Source: Alphaproteobacteria bacterium | Lineage (GTDB): Bacteria > Pseudomonadota > Alphaproteobacteria > HIMB59 | Direction of reading: 5' to 3' | Assembly (NCBI GenBank): GCA_045560885.1 | Contig: JBJKYU010000068.1 | Span: 1 to 62,449, forward strand | DNA: 62,449 nt | Part shown: positions 30,039 through 39,631 of the stretch, in pieces | Numbering within the stretch: position 1 is the first letter of the stretch | Layout of the letters: the number at the start of each line of letters is the position of its first letter | The notes under the pieces: model-generated | Databases searched by the model: none | What the model saw: the letters and a program-made list of their open reading frames with translations, nothing else | Told to the model about the DNA's origin: nothing | Translations under genes and position numbers: made by a program

Positions 30039-31108
30039 GCGATTATCTTTACAATTTCAGAGAAATTCATTTTTTCTTCAATCTCTTTAACTATATCTCT
30101 TTTCGAGCTGGACTGTCTCTTATTTCATCATTCATTTTAATTTTAATATTTATGCCTCATTGGATTAAAGCTCAAAAAAAATTATTTCCATTAGGCCAAC
30201 CAATTAGATCTGATGGACCTTCAAGCCATTTGTCAAAAAAAGGTACCCCAACTTTAGGCGGAGTATTAATTATCGCATGTTTGTCATTTAGTACAATTCT
30301 ATGGACATCCAATTTTTCTAAATTTAACTACTTACTCTTATTAACAATTTTTTTATTTGGATTGATTGGTTTTTATGATGATTTTAAAAAAATTAGAACA
30401 AGAGTTGGAATTAATTCAAAAACCAAATTTTTACTCCAAATATTTTCTACAATAATTATCTATTTTACTATTAAGTTTTTTAATTTTGATATCAGTAATT
30501 TTTATATTCCTTTTTTAAAAGATACTTCTTTTGATATTGGTTTTTTATACTTTTTTATAACACTCTTTATCATATTAGGCTCAACTAACGCTACAAACCT
30601 TACTGATGGATTAGATGGTCTTGTATCTATGCCATTAATATTTGTTTTTTTAACATTTGCTGTTTTTGCATACATCATTGGTAATATAAATTTTTCAGAT
30701 TATTTATTATTAAATTATATACGCGGTTCTGGTGAGATTGTAATTTTTTGTACTGCTGCGATTGGAGCTCTATTAGGATTTTTATGGTTTAATTCAAGTC
30801 CAGCTGAAGTTTTTATGGGCGATACAGGATCACAATCTTTAGGCGCCACATTAGCAGTTACATCAATTTTATTAAAACAAGAATTTGTTTTAGCTGTAGC
30901 TGGCGGGTTATTTGTTATAGAAGCCATTTCAGTGATGATACAAGTTTTTTACTTTAAGACCACAAAAGGAAAAAGATTTTTCTTGATGGCACCACTCCAT
31001 CATCACTTTGAAAAAACAGGCCTTTCAGAGCAAAAAGTTGTAATTAGATTTTGGATTATTAGTTTTCTATTTTGCCTATTAGCACTTTCATTATTAAAAA
31101 TTAGATAG
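30032..31108 (+). CDS. mraY: Phospho-MurNAc-pentapeptide transferase
   Basis: KKGTPTLGG, GFYDD, NATNLTDGLDGL, VFMGDTGS, MAPLHHHFE. Confidence 0.98.
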   Translation: MLSDYLYNFREIHFFFNLFNYISFRAGLSLISSFILILIFMPHWIKAQKKLFPLGQPIRSDGPSSHLSKKGTPTLGGVLIIACLSFSTILWTSNFSKFNYLLLLTIFLFGLIGFYDDFKKIRTRVGINSKTKFLLQIFSTIIIYFTIKFFNFDISNFYIPFLKDTSFDIGFLYFFITLFIILGSTNATNLTDGLDGLVSMPLIFVFLTFAVFAYIIGNINFSDYLLLNYIRGSGEIVIFCTAAIGALLGFLWFNSSPAEVFMGDTGSQSLGATLAVTSILLKQEFVLAVAGGLFVIEAISVMIQVFYFKTTKGKRFFLMAPLHHHFEKTGLSEQKVVIRFWIISFLFCLLALSLLKIR

Positions 31109-32347
31109 TTGATAGATTTAAAAAAAAAATTTCTGGTATATGGACATGGCATAAGCGGAAAATCTATTTCAAAGTATTTAAAAAGAAAAAAATCATCTTA
31201 TCAAGTTTATGATGACTTTTCTGATCTATCATCAATCAAAGAATCAATCATCTTACAGGAATTAAAAAAAACTATTAAAACTTTTGATTATTTTATCGTT
31301 TCCCCATCTATTAAAATTAATAAAAATCACATCCTTTATCCTTATAAAGAAAAGATACTAATAGATTTAGACTTTCTATCTTTGGAAATTAAAAATCAAA
31401 TTGTATTTGGTGTTACTGGCACAGAGGGTAAGTCGACAATATGTTCTTATTTATCTCAATATTTATCAGATTCCTTTAAAACACTAATAATTGGAAATTA
31501 TGGAAATACTATTTTAGACAAGGATAATTTAAAAAAAACTTTATCTAAAATAAAAATAATTATCATTGAATTAAGTTCTTATCAGTTGGATAAAATAAAA
31601 TTTTTAAAAATTAATCATGCAATTATTACAAATATCTATTCGGACCATTTACAATATCATGGTTCTTTTTCAAATTATGTTAAATCTAAATTTAAAATTC
31701 AATCTTTCTTAATCAAAAATGGTTCCCTTCATATTAGGAGCATTGAAAGAAGAAGATATTCAACTTTAATCAATACTCATAATAAAAATATAAATACAAT
31801 TTCTAATATGGATTTTCATAACAAAATATTTGGTTTTGATATTAATTTACTTAATGAATATTTTACAAAGAGTATAATTACTTATTGTAAATTTAATTTT
31901 GATCGAAGTAAGAAGCTAAAAAATCTTCCATTTAGAAATGAATTAATTGAAAATACTTCTCATATCAAAATCATTAATGATAGCAAGTCTACTAATCTTG
32001 AAAATTCAATAATTAAAATTAATCAAATAAATCTCAAAAAGAAAATAATAATCCTTGGTGGAAATCCTAAAAAATCAAATGTAAAAACAAATATTATAAA
32101 AAATTCTTTAATTCTAATATTTGGACCTAATAGATTTAAAATTAATAATAGGATAGAATGCATCAACTCAAAACTTTTTACTTTCGTTAATCTTGAAAAT
32201 TTATTTAAATTTTTAAAAGTTATCGTTCATCAATCTAAATGGGATGTAATATTATTTTCACCAGGTGGTGAGTCTTTTGACCAATTTAAAGATTATTCCC
32301 ATAGGGGTGAGGTATTTAACAACTATATTAAGAAATTCAAAATTTGA
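31109..32347 (+). CDS. murD: UDP-MurNAc-L-Ala:D-Glu ligase (TTG start)
   Basis: GHGISG, TGTEGKST, ELSSYQL, DHL, NDSKSTN, SPG.ESFDQF..RG. Confidence 0.92.
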   Translation: MIDLKKKFLVYGHGISGKSISKYLKRKKSSYQVYDDFSDLSSIKESIILQELKKTIKTFDYFIVSPSIKINKNHILYPYKEKILIDLDFLSLEIKNQIVFGVTGTEGKSTICSYLSQYLSDSFKTLIIGNYGNTILDKDNLKKTLSKIKIIIIELSSYQLDKIKFLKINHAIITNIYSDHLQYHGSFSNYVKSKFKIQSFLIKNGSLHIRSIERRRYSTLINTHNKNINTISNMDFHNKIFGFDINLLNEYFTKSIITYCKFNFDRSKKLKNLPFRNELIENTSHIKIINDSKSTNLENSIIKINQINLKKKIIILGGNPKKSNVKTNIIKNSLILIFGPNRFKINNRIECINSKLFTFVNLENLFKFLKVIVHQSKWDVILFSPGGESFDQFKDYSHRGEVFNNYIKKFKI

Positions 32348-33450
32348 AGAACTTACTTTTTAGAGATGACGAGAGTCTGATAGGTTCAAACTGGTATTAT
32401 TTAGAAAAAAAATTATTTATTTTTCCTTTGTTATTATCTTTTATAGGTTTATTAGCAATATACTCCCTTATAGGTACTGAATACTCTATTACTCTTTTAT
32501 TAAAACACACTGTTTTTTTATTATTTTCATTATCTATTTTATTTTTTTTTAGTCTAATACCCATTAATAATTTAAGAAAATTATTAAATATCTTAGCAAT
32601 TTCTTTTTTGCTACTTTTGGCTTTCGTTCCATTATTGGGTTATGAAGTTAAAGGAGCTACAAGATGGATTAACTTAAAATTTTTTTCAATTCAACCATCA
32701 GAAATTCTTAAAGGCCCTATACTTTGTTTATTTTCTTGGTTTTGCTATTTGTTTATCAAGACAGGTAAATCCCTCTATATGTTTTTATCTATTTCAATAA
32801 TTTTATTTGTATCAGCGCTCCTTTTACTTCAACCAGACATAGGAACATTAATGCTTTATTTATCGTCTTTTTTTCTATTGATTATCTTATACCTGAGAAA
32901 TATAAAACTTTTTTTTATATTAGGATTTTTTGGTGTTTCATTATTACTTTTTGCTTATTTTACCTTTGATCATGTAAGCTTAAGAATAGATAAATTTTTT
33001 TCAAGTGAGAGCTCTCCTCAAGTAGCAAGAAGCATATCAGCTATAATTGGAGGAGGTTTTTTTGGAGTTGGGTTAGGTGAAGGACAACTTAAATATTCTA
33101 TTCCAGAGTCTCATAACGATTTTATCTTTGCTATCTTAATTGAAGAATTTGGAATTTTTTTTGGTTTATTTATTGCTTTGCTCTACCCAATATTTTTCTT
33201 TTTGATTAAACAAATTTTAAAAAGTCAGCCTAATTTATTTATTCAAAATACTACGTTTTCATTATGTTTTATTTTATGTATCCAAGCCTTTATTAATATA
33301 GGATCTTCTATTGATCTGATACCACCTACTGGAATGACCTTGCCGTTTATAAGCTATGGGGGTTCCTCAATGCTTTCTTATGCAATTATTTTTGGTACAT
33401 TAATTAACTTTTCAAAAAATGAAAAAAATTCTCTTAGTAACACATCATGA
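32344..33450 (+). CDS. ftsW: SEDS peptidoglycan polymerase FtsW (TTG start)
   Basis: GATRWI, IQPSE, LQPDIG, PESHNDFIFAILIEEFG, PPTGMTLPFISYGGSS. Confidence 0.95.
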   Translation: MKNLLFRDDESLIGSNWYYLEKKLFIFPLLLSFIGLLAIYSLIGTEYSITLLLKHTVFLLFSLSILFFFSLIPINNLRKLLNILAISFLLLLAFVPLLGYEVKGATRWINLKFFSIQPSEILKGPILCLFSWFCYLFIKTGKSLYMFLSISIILFVSALLLLQPDIGTLMLYLSSFFLLIILYLRNIKLFFILGFFGVSLLLFAYFTFDHVSLRIDKFFSSESSPQVARSISAIIGGGFFGVGLGEGQLKYSIPESHNDFIFAILIEEFGIFFGLFIALLYPIFFFLIKQILKSQPNLFIQNTTFSLCFILCIQAFINIGSSIDLIPPTGMTLPFISYGGSSMLSYAIIFGTLINFSKNEKNSLSNTS

Positions 33451-34090
33451 CTTAAGTGATCCAGGAACAATATCCATTCTCTTACATTCAAAATATTTAA
33501 CCTGTAATATCAATTATAAAAACCTTTCTTTGTTAAAACAAAGTGATATCAAAGAATACACCGCGATAATAATATTTGGTGGCAAAATGAGCGCTAACAG
33601 CAAATCCCGATATATTAAAAACGAATATAAGTTCCTATCTAATGCAATTAAACTTAAAAAAACAATTATAGGAATTTGTCTTGGTGCGCAAATTATAGCA
33701 AAGTTTTATGGATCAATAATTCAAAAATCTTCTAATAAAGAAGTTGAAATTGGATACAGGGGCTCTAAAAAAATTAACAATTCAATAATCAATGATCGTA
33801 CAAAATTCTTACAGTTTCATAATGAAGGAATTTCAATAAATTCAAATATGGAATTATTGTCCAGTGGAAACTTATTTAATGTAGATGCTTTTAAAATTAA
33901 AAATAATAATATCTATGGTTTTCAATTTCATCCAGAGGTTACAGCTAAAATGATAAAAAACTGGTATGGCAATTTGAAATCAATTGAAAAAGGAACTGAT
34001 ACTATAAATGAAATCTTAAAAGATCATAAAATTTATCATCAAAAAAATTACTTTTGGCTAAACAAGATTTTAAATAAAATAATAAAATGA
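33419..34090 (+). CDS. Class I glutamine amidotransferase-like protein
   Basis: FGGKMSA, GICLGAQ nucleophile elbow, FQFHPE triad. Stand-alone, with no synthase domain. Confidence 0.88.
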   Translation: MKKILLVTHHDLSDPGTISILLHSKYLTCNINYKNLSLLKQSDIKEYTAIIIFGGKMSANSKSRYIKNEYKFLSNAIKLKKTIIGICLGAQIIAKFYGSIIQKSSNKEVEIGYRGSKKINNSIINDRTKFLQFHNEGISINSNMELLSSGNLFNVDAFKIKNNNIYGFQFHPEVTAKMIKNWYGNLKSIEKGTDTINEILKDHKIYHQKNYFWLNKILNKIIK

Positions 34091-35010
34091 TTAATTTTTA
34101 TTTTTCAGATGAATACTTAAACCATGATACTGGATCACATCCTGAGTCTATTCAAAGAATTAAAACTGTGAAACAACTTTTAAATGATAAGTATAATAAT
34201 CATAATTTTATTGAGCCTTCAAAAGCTTCTATTGATTTAATATCAAATGTACATGACAAAGATTATGTAGAAGAAATATTAATTAATATTCCAAAATCAG
34301 GTTTCTATCATTTTGATCCTGATACGATTGCTTCCCCTAGGAGTTTGAATAGTTACCTTATGGCAGTAGGAGGCTCTGTTGACTCAGTTATACATTCATT
34401 AAATCATCAATCAAAAAATCCTGTTTATTTTTGTGCACATCGACCACCTGGTCACCATGCTGAAAAAAATAAAGCCATGGGCTTTGGTGTATTTAATAAT
34501 GTAGCTATTGCGGCTCAATTCGCGTTAGAGCATGGAAATTATGATAAAATACTCATTGTAGATTTTGACGTACATCATGGAAATGGCACACAACATATAT
34601 TTGAGTCGAATTCAAATATTTATTATGCTTCAAGTCACCAGTACCCATTTTACCCAGGAACGGGTAATGAAAATGAAATAGGTGTCGGCAATATTTTCAA
34701 TTGCCCATTGCCCTCAGGTTGTGACTCAGATTTATTTAGAAAACTATTTCAAGAAAAAATAATAGATAAGATAAATATAGAATTTGATATCATATTTTTT
34801 TCTGCAGGCTTTGACGCCCATAAATTAGACCCTTTAGCTTCTATAAATCTTGAAAATGATGATTTTGACTGGGTAACTAAAGCTATTTTAAAAAAATTTG
34901 CAAAAGATATCCCAGTAATTTCTGTACTCGAAGGTGGATATAACATGGATGGTTTGTATAATGGTCTAGACTTTCATTTAAAAATATTAGATGAGTACTC
35001 AAATGAATAA
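34087..35010 (+). CDS. Histone deacetylase-family (AcuC/AphA-like) amidohydrolase
   Basis: HPE..R, RPPGHHA, DFDVHHGNGTQ, SAGFDAH..DPL, LEGGY. Confidence 0.95.
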   Translation: MINFYFSDEYLNHDTGSHPESIQRIKTVKQLLNDKYNNHNFIEPSKASIDLISNVHDKDYVEEILINIPKSGFYHFDPDTIASPRSLNSYLMAVGGSVDSVIHSLNHQSKNPVYFCAHRPPGHHAEKNKAMGFGVFNNVAIAAQFALEHGNYDKILIVDFDVHHGNGTQHIFESNSNIYYASSHQYPFYPGTGNENEIGVGNIFNCPLPSGCDSDLFRKLFQEKIIDKINIEFDIIFFSAGFDAHKLDPLASINLENDDFDWVTKAILKKFAKDIPVISVLEGGYNMDGLYNGLDFHLKILDEYSNE

Positions 35011-35227
35011 AAAAAATGAAAAATCTTTTGAAGACGCCCTCCAAAGGCTAGAGGAAATAGCTCAATTGCTTGAAAATGAGAACACACATCTTGAAGATAG
35101 TATTCAATTATTTGAGGAAGGAATTGAATTAAAAGACTTTTGTGAAGAAAAATTAAAGTCAGCTAAATTAAAAATAAATAAAATTATCAAAAAGAATAAA
35201 GATCTGGTTAACGAGGATTTCGAATAA
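35003..35227 (+). CDS. xseB: Exodeoxyribonuclease VII small subunit
   Basis: SFEDALQRLEEI, LEDSIQLFEEG..L..C..L..A. The ATG at 35003 is preferred over 34991. Confidence 0.95.
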   Translation: MNKKNEKSFEDALQRLEEIAQLLENENTHLEDSIQLFEEGIELKDFCEEKLKSAKLKINKIIKKNKDLVNEDFE

Positions 35228-35240
35228 AATCTTAGTAACT

Positions 35241-37106
35241 ATGTCGTTTTTATCAAAAATTAATTTTCCTAAGGATCTAAAAAAACTTACACTTGATGAA
35301 CTCAAGATACTTAATGATGAGTTAAGAACCTTTACTATTGAAACAGTATCAAAAACTGGCGGGCATCTAGGAGCTAGTCTGGGTGTAGTTGAGTTAACTG
35401 TTGCACTTCATTACGTTTTCGACACTCCAAAAGACAAAATTGTTTGGGATGTTGGCCATCAAACATACCCCCACAAAATCATCACTGGTAGAAAGAGAAA
35501 AATTCATACTCTAAGAAAGAAAAATGGCCTTTCAGGATTTACTAAACGATCTGAGAGTATCTATGATCCATTTGGTGCTGCCCATAGTTCTACATCTATT
35601 TCAGCAAATTTAGGCATTGCCGTAGCTAGAGACTTACAAAAAAAGTCTTTTGATGTGATAAGTATTATTGGTGATGGTGCTATTAGTGCAGGGATGGCTT
35701 TTGAAGGCTTAAATAATATTGGTCATCTTAATAAGAATTCATTAATCATTTTGAACGATAATGAAATGTCAATTGCGAAGCCAGTTGGCGCAATGAGCAA
35801 ATATTTAGTTAATCTATTGAGCTCAAAAACTTATGAAAACATAAGAGATGTTGTAAAAAACTTTACAAAAAAATTGCCTGATGAAGTAGGTAATTTTGCC
35901 AAAAAAACCGAAGGATATTTAAAAGGCTATTTAACGGGAAATACTCTATTTGAAGAGTTGGGAATGAATTATATAGGACCCATAGATGGCCATAACCTAG
36001 ATCTATTAATTCAACTCTTTCAAAAATATAAAGAAAAAGAATTACATGGTCCTGTTTTTCTGCACATCATTACAGAAAAAGGAAAAGGATATGCTCCTGC
36101 AGAGAATTCGAATGACAAATTTCACGGTGTATCTTCTTTTGATATCCAAACTGGAGTGCAAAACAAATCAAAAGATAAGACTTATACTAGCGTAATCAGT
36201 GAAACTTTATTAAAACTCGCAAAAAAAGACAAAAAGGTAACCGCTATTACTGCTGCTATGCCCTCAGGGACAGGTTTAGACAAATTTCAGGAATTATATC
36301 CTGATAGATTTTTTGATGTCGGAATTGCAGAACAACATGCAGTTACTTTTGCTGGAGGAATGGCGACTGAAAGCATGAAACCTTTTGTTGCTATTTATTC
36401 TACATTTCTTCAAAGAGCATATGACCAAGTTGTACATGATATTGCTATACAATCATTACCCGTTCGTTTTTTAATTGACCGTTCTGGATTTGTTGGAGCA
36501 GATGGTGCTACTCATGCTGGTTCTTTTGACCTCACTTACCTTTGTTGTTTACCTAATTTTATTGTAATGGCTCCATCCTCAGGAGAAGAGCTTAAAAATA
36601 TGTTAAATTTTTCCTTATCAATAGATAATAAACCCTCTGCAATAAGGTATCCTAGAGATACCGTCGGAGAATATAACGAAAAAAAATCATTCGAAAAAAT
36701 AACTTTAGGCAAAGGTAAGATTATTCAAAAAGGAAAAAAAGTTGCATTTTTAAATTTAGGTACAAGATTAGAACAGGTTAAGTTAGCCTCAAAATTAATT
36801 AAAGATAAAAACAAATTACAAACTACTATTATTGATATGCGTTTTGCCAAACCTATTGACACTCAATTATTGAAAACTTTATTAAAAAATCACGATATAT
36901 TTATTACTGTTGAGGAAAATGCTATTGGAGGCTTTTCGAGCCAAGTAAACAACTTTTTTTTAAATCAAATCAAAAAACAAATTAAGGTCTTAAATTTTTT
37001 TATGAAAGATGAATTTATAGATCAATCAGATATCAATGATCAGTACAGTCAATCAGGGATCTCTCCTGAAGAAATTTATAAAAAAGTCTCGAATTTATTA
37101 AATTAA
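35241..37106 (+). CDS. dxs: 1-deoxy-D-xylulose-5-phosphate synthase
   Basis: GGHLGASLGVVEL, WDVGHQTYPHK, IGDGA, NDNEMSI, DVGIAEQHA, YSTFLQRAYDQ. Confidence 0.98.
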   Translation: MSFLSKINFPKDLKKLTLDELKILNDELRTFTIETVSKTGGHLGASLGVVELTVALHYVFDTPKDKIVWDVGHQTYPHKIITGRKRKIHTLRKKNGLSGFTKRSESIYDPFGAAHSSTSISANLGIAVARDLQKKSFDVISIIGDGAISAGMAFEGLNNIGHLNKNSLIILNDNEMSIAKPVGAMSKYLVNLLSSKTYENIRDVVKNFTKKLPDEVGNFAKKTEGYLKGYLTGNTLFEELGMNYIGPIDGHNLDLLIQLFQKYKEKELHGPVFLHIITEKGKGYAPAENSNDKFHGVSSFDIQTGVQNKSKDKTYTSVISETLLKLAKKDKKVTAITAAMPSGTGLDKFQELYPDRFFDVGIAEQHAVTFAGGMATESMKPFVAIYSTFLQRAYDQVVHDIAIQSLPVRFLIDRSGFVGADGATHAGSFDLTYLCCLPNFIVMAPSSGEELKNMLNFSLSIDNKPSAIRYPRDTVGEYNEKKSFEKITLGKGKIIQKGKKVAFLNLGTRLEQVKLASKLIKDKNKLQTTIIDMRFAKPIDTQLLKTLLKNHDIFITVEENAIGGFSSQVNNFFLNQIKKQIKVLNFFMKDEFIDQSDINDQYSQSGISPEEIYKKVSNLLN

Positions 37107-38177
37107 TTTAGATTTAAACATAAGCATTAAATCTGCAATAACAAAACTGGTCATAGCAATACCTACAGGTACAGCTCTGATACCTACACAAGGATCATGT
37201 CTTCCTATCGTTTTTATTTTGGTATTTCTTAAGCTTTTTGTAATCGTATTTTTTTCACTTAACACTGAGCTTGTAGGTTTAACAATATATCTGAAAACAA
37301 TATCTTGGCCTGAAGAAATTCCACCTAAAATTCCTCCAGCATGATTGGTATCAAATATAATTTTTTTATTTTTATAACTTATCTGATCAGAAGCATTGGT
37401 TCCATCTAAGTTGATAAGATTAAAGCCTGTTCCAAATTCGATACCTTTTACTGCATTAATGCTCATAATTGCCTTAGATATTTCAGAGTCTATTTTTTGA
37501 TAAATAGGCTCTCCAAGACCAGCAGGGCAGTTTTTTACTCTAACTTCTATTATTGCTCCTAAAGACGAACCTTTTTTACGATGAAGTAATATTAACTCTT
37601 CCCATGCTTTGATAATTGATTTGTTGGGAGAGAAAAAAGAATTTTGGTTTATAAAACTATCGTTCCATTTGGTGCTATCAATTTTTAAATTTCCAATTTG
37701 AATTACAGCACTGGTAATCTTTAATTTATTCGCAACTTTTTTTAGGTATAAATCTGCTAAAGCCCCAGCAGCGACTCTCATAGCCGTCTCTCTCGCACTT
37801 GATCTACCTCCACCACGATAGTCAAAATTTTTATATTTCATATGGTAAGTAAAATCTGCATGTCCGGGGCGAAATTTGTTTTGAATATTTGAGTAATCTT
37901 TACTTCTTTGATCTTCATTAAAAATGATCATTGAAATAGGAGAACCAGTACTCTTTCCTTTAAATACTCCAGATAATATATCTACCAAGTCTTTCTCTTT
38001 TCTTTGAGTAGTGAATTTAGACTGACCGGGTTTTCTAAGATCTAATTTAGACTGAATGTAACTAAGGTCGATTGGAATATTAGCAGGAAATCCATCAACA
38101 ACGCATCCAATTGCTTTACCATGGCTTTCACCCCATGTTGTAAATTTTAATAAATTTCCAAAAGTATTATGAGACAT
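37098..38177 (-). CDS. aroC: Chorismate synthase
   Basis: TWGESHG, RPGHAD, RGGGRSSARETA, NHAGGILGGIS, GRHDPC. Confidence 0.99.
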   Translation of the reverse strand: MSHNTFGNLLKFTTWGESHGKAIGCVVDGFPANIPIDLSYIQSKLDLRKPGQSKFTTQRKEKDLVDILSGVFKGKSTGSPISMIIFNEDQRSKDYSNIQNKFRPGHADFTYHMKYKNFDYRGGGRSSARETAMRVAAGALADLYLKKVANKLKITSAVIQIGNLKIDSTKWNDSFINQNSFFSPNKSIIKAWEELILLHRKKGSSLGAIIEVRVKNCPAGLGEPIYQKIDSEISKAIMSINAVKGIEFGTGFNLINLDGTNASDQISYKNKKIIFDTNHAGGILGGISSGQDIVFRYIVKPTSSVLSEKNTITKSLRNTKIKTIGRHDPCVGIRAVPVGIAMTSFVIADLMLMFKSKLI

Positions 38178-38187
38178 AAAAAATTAA

Positions 38188-39009
38188 TTATTTATTACTA
38201 AACTCGCTAAGCAAATTAGCTACCCCTTCGGCTTCATCTACTGCTACCATGCCTACCGTATGATATCCACAGTCAACATGATGAATTTCTCCAGTAACGC
38301 CTGAAGATAAATCACTTAAAAGGTAAGCGCCTGTGTTTCCTACATCATCTAATGTAACATTTCTTTTTAAAGGTGAATTAAGTTCATTCCATTTTAAAAT
38401 GAATCGAAAGTCTCCAATTCCAGATGCAGCTAATGTTTTAATTGGTCCTGCAGAAATAGCATTAACACGAACATTTTTATCACCCATATCTACTGCTAAA
38501 TACTTTACGGATGCTTCCAAAGCTGATTTGGCAACACCCATGACGTTATAGTGTGGCATAACTTGTTCTGCGCCATAATAAGTAAGAGTTAGTATGCTTC
38601 CACCTTCGTTCATTAATTCATAACAATATTTACAAGACTCAGTAAATGAGTAGCAAGATATATTCAAACTATTGAGAAAGTTTTCTTTAGATGTTTCGAC
38701 ATACTTTCCTCTAAGTTCATTTTTATCAGCAAACGCTACTGCATGAACAAAGAAATCTAGTTTTCCCCATCGCTCTTGTATTTCCTTAAAAGTTTTTTCA
38801 ACAGATCCCTCGCTGCTAACGTCACATTCAATTAAAAAGTCTGAATTGACAGACTTGGCTAGCGGCTCAATTCTTTTTAATAAAAGATCATTTTGATATG
38901 TAAATGCTAACTCTGCACCAAATTTAGAGCATTGCTTAGCTATACCCCAAGCAATAGATTTGTCGTTTGCAACGCCCATAATAAGGCCTTTTTTATTTTT
39001 TAAATCCAT
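38188..39009 (-). CDS. fabI: Enoyl-ACP reductase
   Basis: GVANDKSIAWGIA, YNVMGVAKSALE, NAISAGPIKTLAASGI. Confidence 0.98.
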   Translation of the reverse strand: MDLKNKKGLIMGVANDKSIAWGIAKQCSKFGAELAFTYQNDLLLKRIEPLAKSVNSDFLIECDVSSEGSVEKTFKEIQERWGKLDFFVHAVAFADKNELRGKYVETSKENFLNSLNISCYSFTESCKYCYELMNEGGSILTLTYYGAEQVMPHYNVMGVAKSALEASVKYLAVDMGDKNVRVNAISAGPIKTLAASGIGDFRFILKWNELNSPLKRNVTLDDVGNTGAYLLSDLSSGVTGEIHHVDCGYHTVGMVAVDEAEGVANLLSEFSNK

Positions 39010-39040
39010 TTTGTTATAATCTTTATATAATACTCATACC

Positions 39041-39631
39041 ATGTCAGATAAAAATTTAAATCCAATTATTCTTTTTCAAAATTGGTATGAAATAGCGTCA
39101 GAAAAAGAAATTAATGATCCAAATGCAATGTGTTTGTCTACTGTCGATAAAGATAACCGCCCTCATTCAAGAATGGTTCTATTAAAAGGTTTTGATGAAA
39201 ATGGTTTTAGGTTTTTTACAAATTATCAAAGCAATAAATCTATTGATATTGAGTACAATAAAAATGTAGCTTTAAATTTCCACTGGAAATCACTTCAACG
39301 CCAAATCCGTATTGAAGGTTTAATTGAAAAATTAAATCCAGAGCAATCTGATGATTATTATAATTCTAGACATTATATGAGCAGAATAGGGGCATGGGCG
39401 AGTGATCAGTCTAGACCCCTTAAAAATAGAGAAGAATTAGAAGAAAAAATTGAGATATTTAAAAAAAAGTATCCTGATGAAAATAAAGTTCCAAGACCAT
39501 CTCATTGGGGAGGATTTATGATAAGGCCTAAAAAATTTGAGTTCTGGCAAGATATGCCACATCGCATTCACCAAAGAGATGTATTTGAATTAAATAAACA
39601 GGAATGGATTAGATATAACCTTAATCCTTAA
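39041..39631 (+). CDS. pdxH: Pyridoxamine 5'-phosphate oxidase
   Basis: RMVLLKG, FFTNYQSNK, RQIRIEG, GAWASDQS, EFWQ..HRIHQR. Confidence 0.97.
   Translation: MSDKNLNPIILFQNWYEIASEKEINDPNAMCLSTVDKDNRPHSRMVLLKGFDENGFRFFTNYQSNKSIDIEYNKNVALNFHWKSLQRQIRIEGLIEKLNPEQSDDYYNSRHYMSRIGAWASDQSRPLKNREELEEKIEIFKKKYPDENKVPRPSHWGGFMIRPKKFEFWQDMPHRIHQRDVFELNKQEWIRYNLNP

Noticed and set aside
34087-35010. HDAC-family gene as a peptidoglycan deacetylase belonging to the dcw operon
   Set aside because: HDAC-family genes commonly neighbour xseB-ispA-dxs in alphaproteobacteria, so its position is explained without a cell-wall role.
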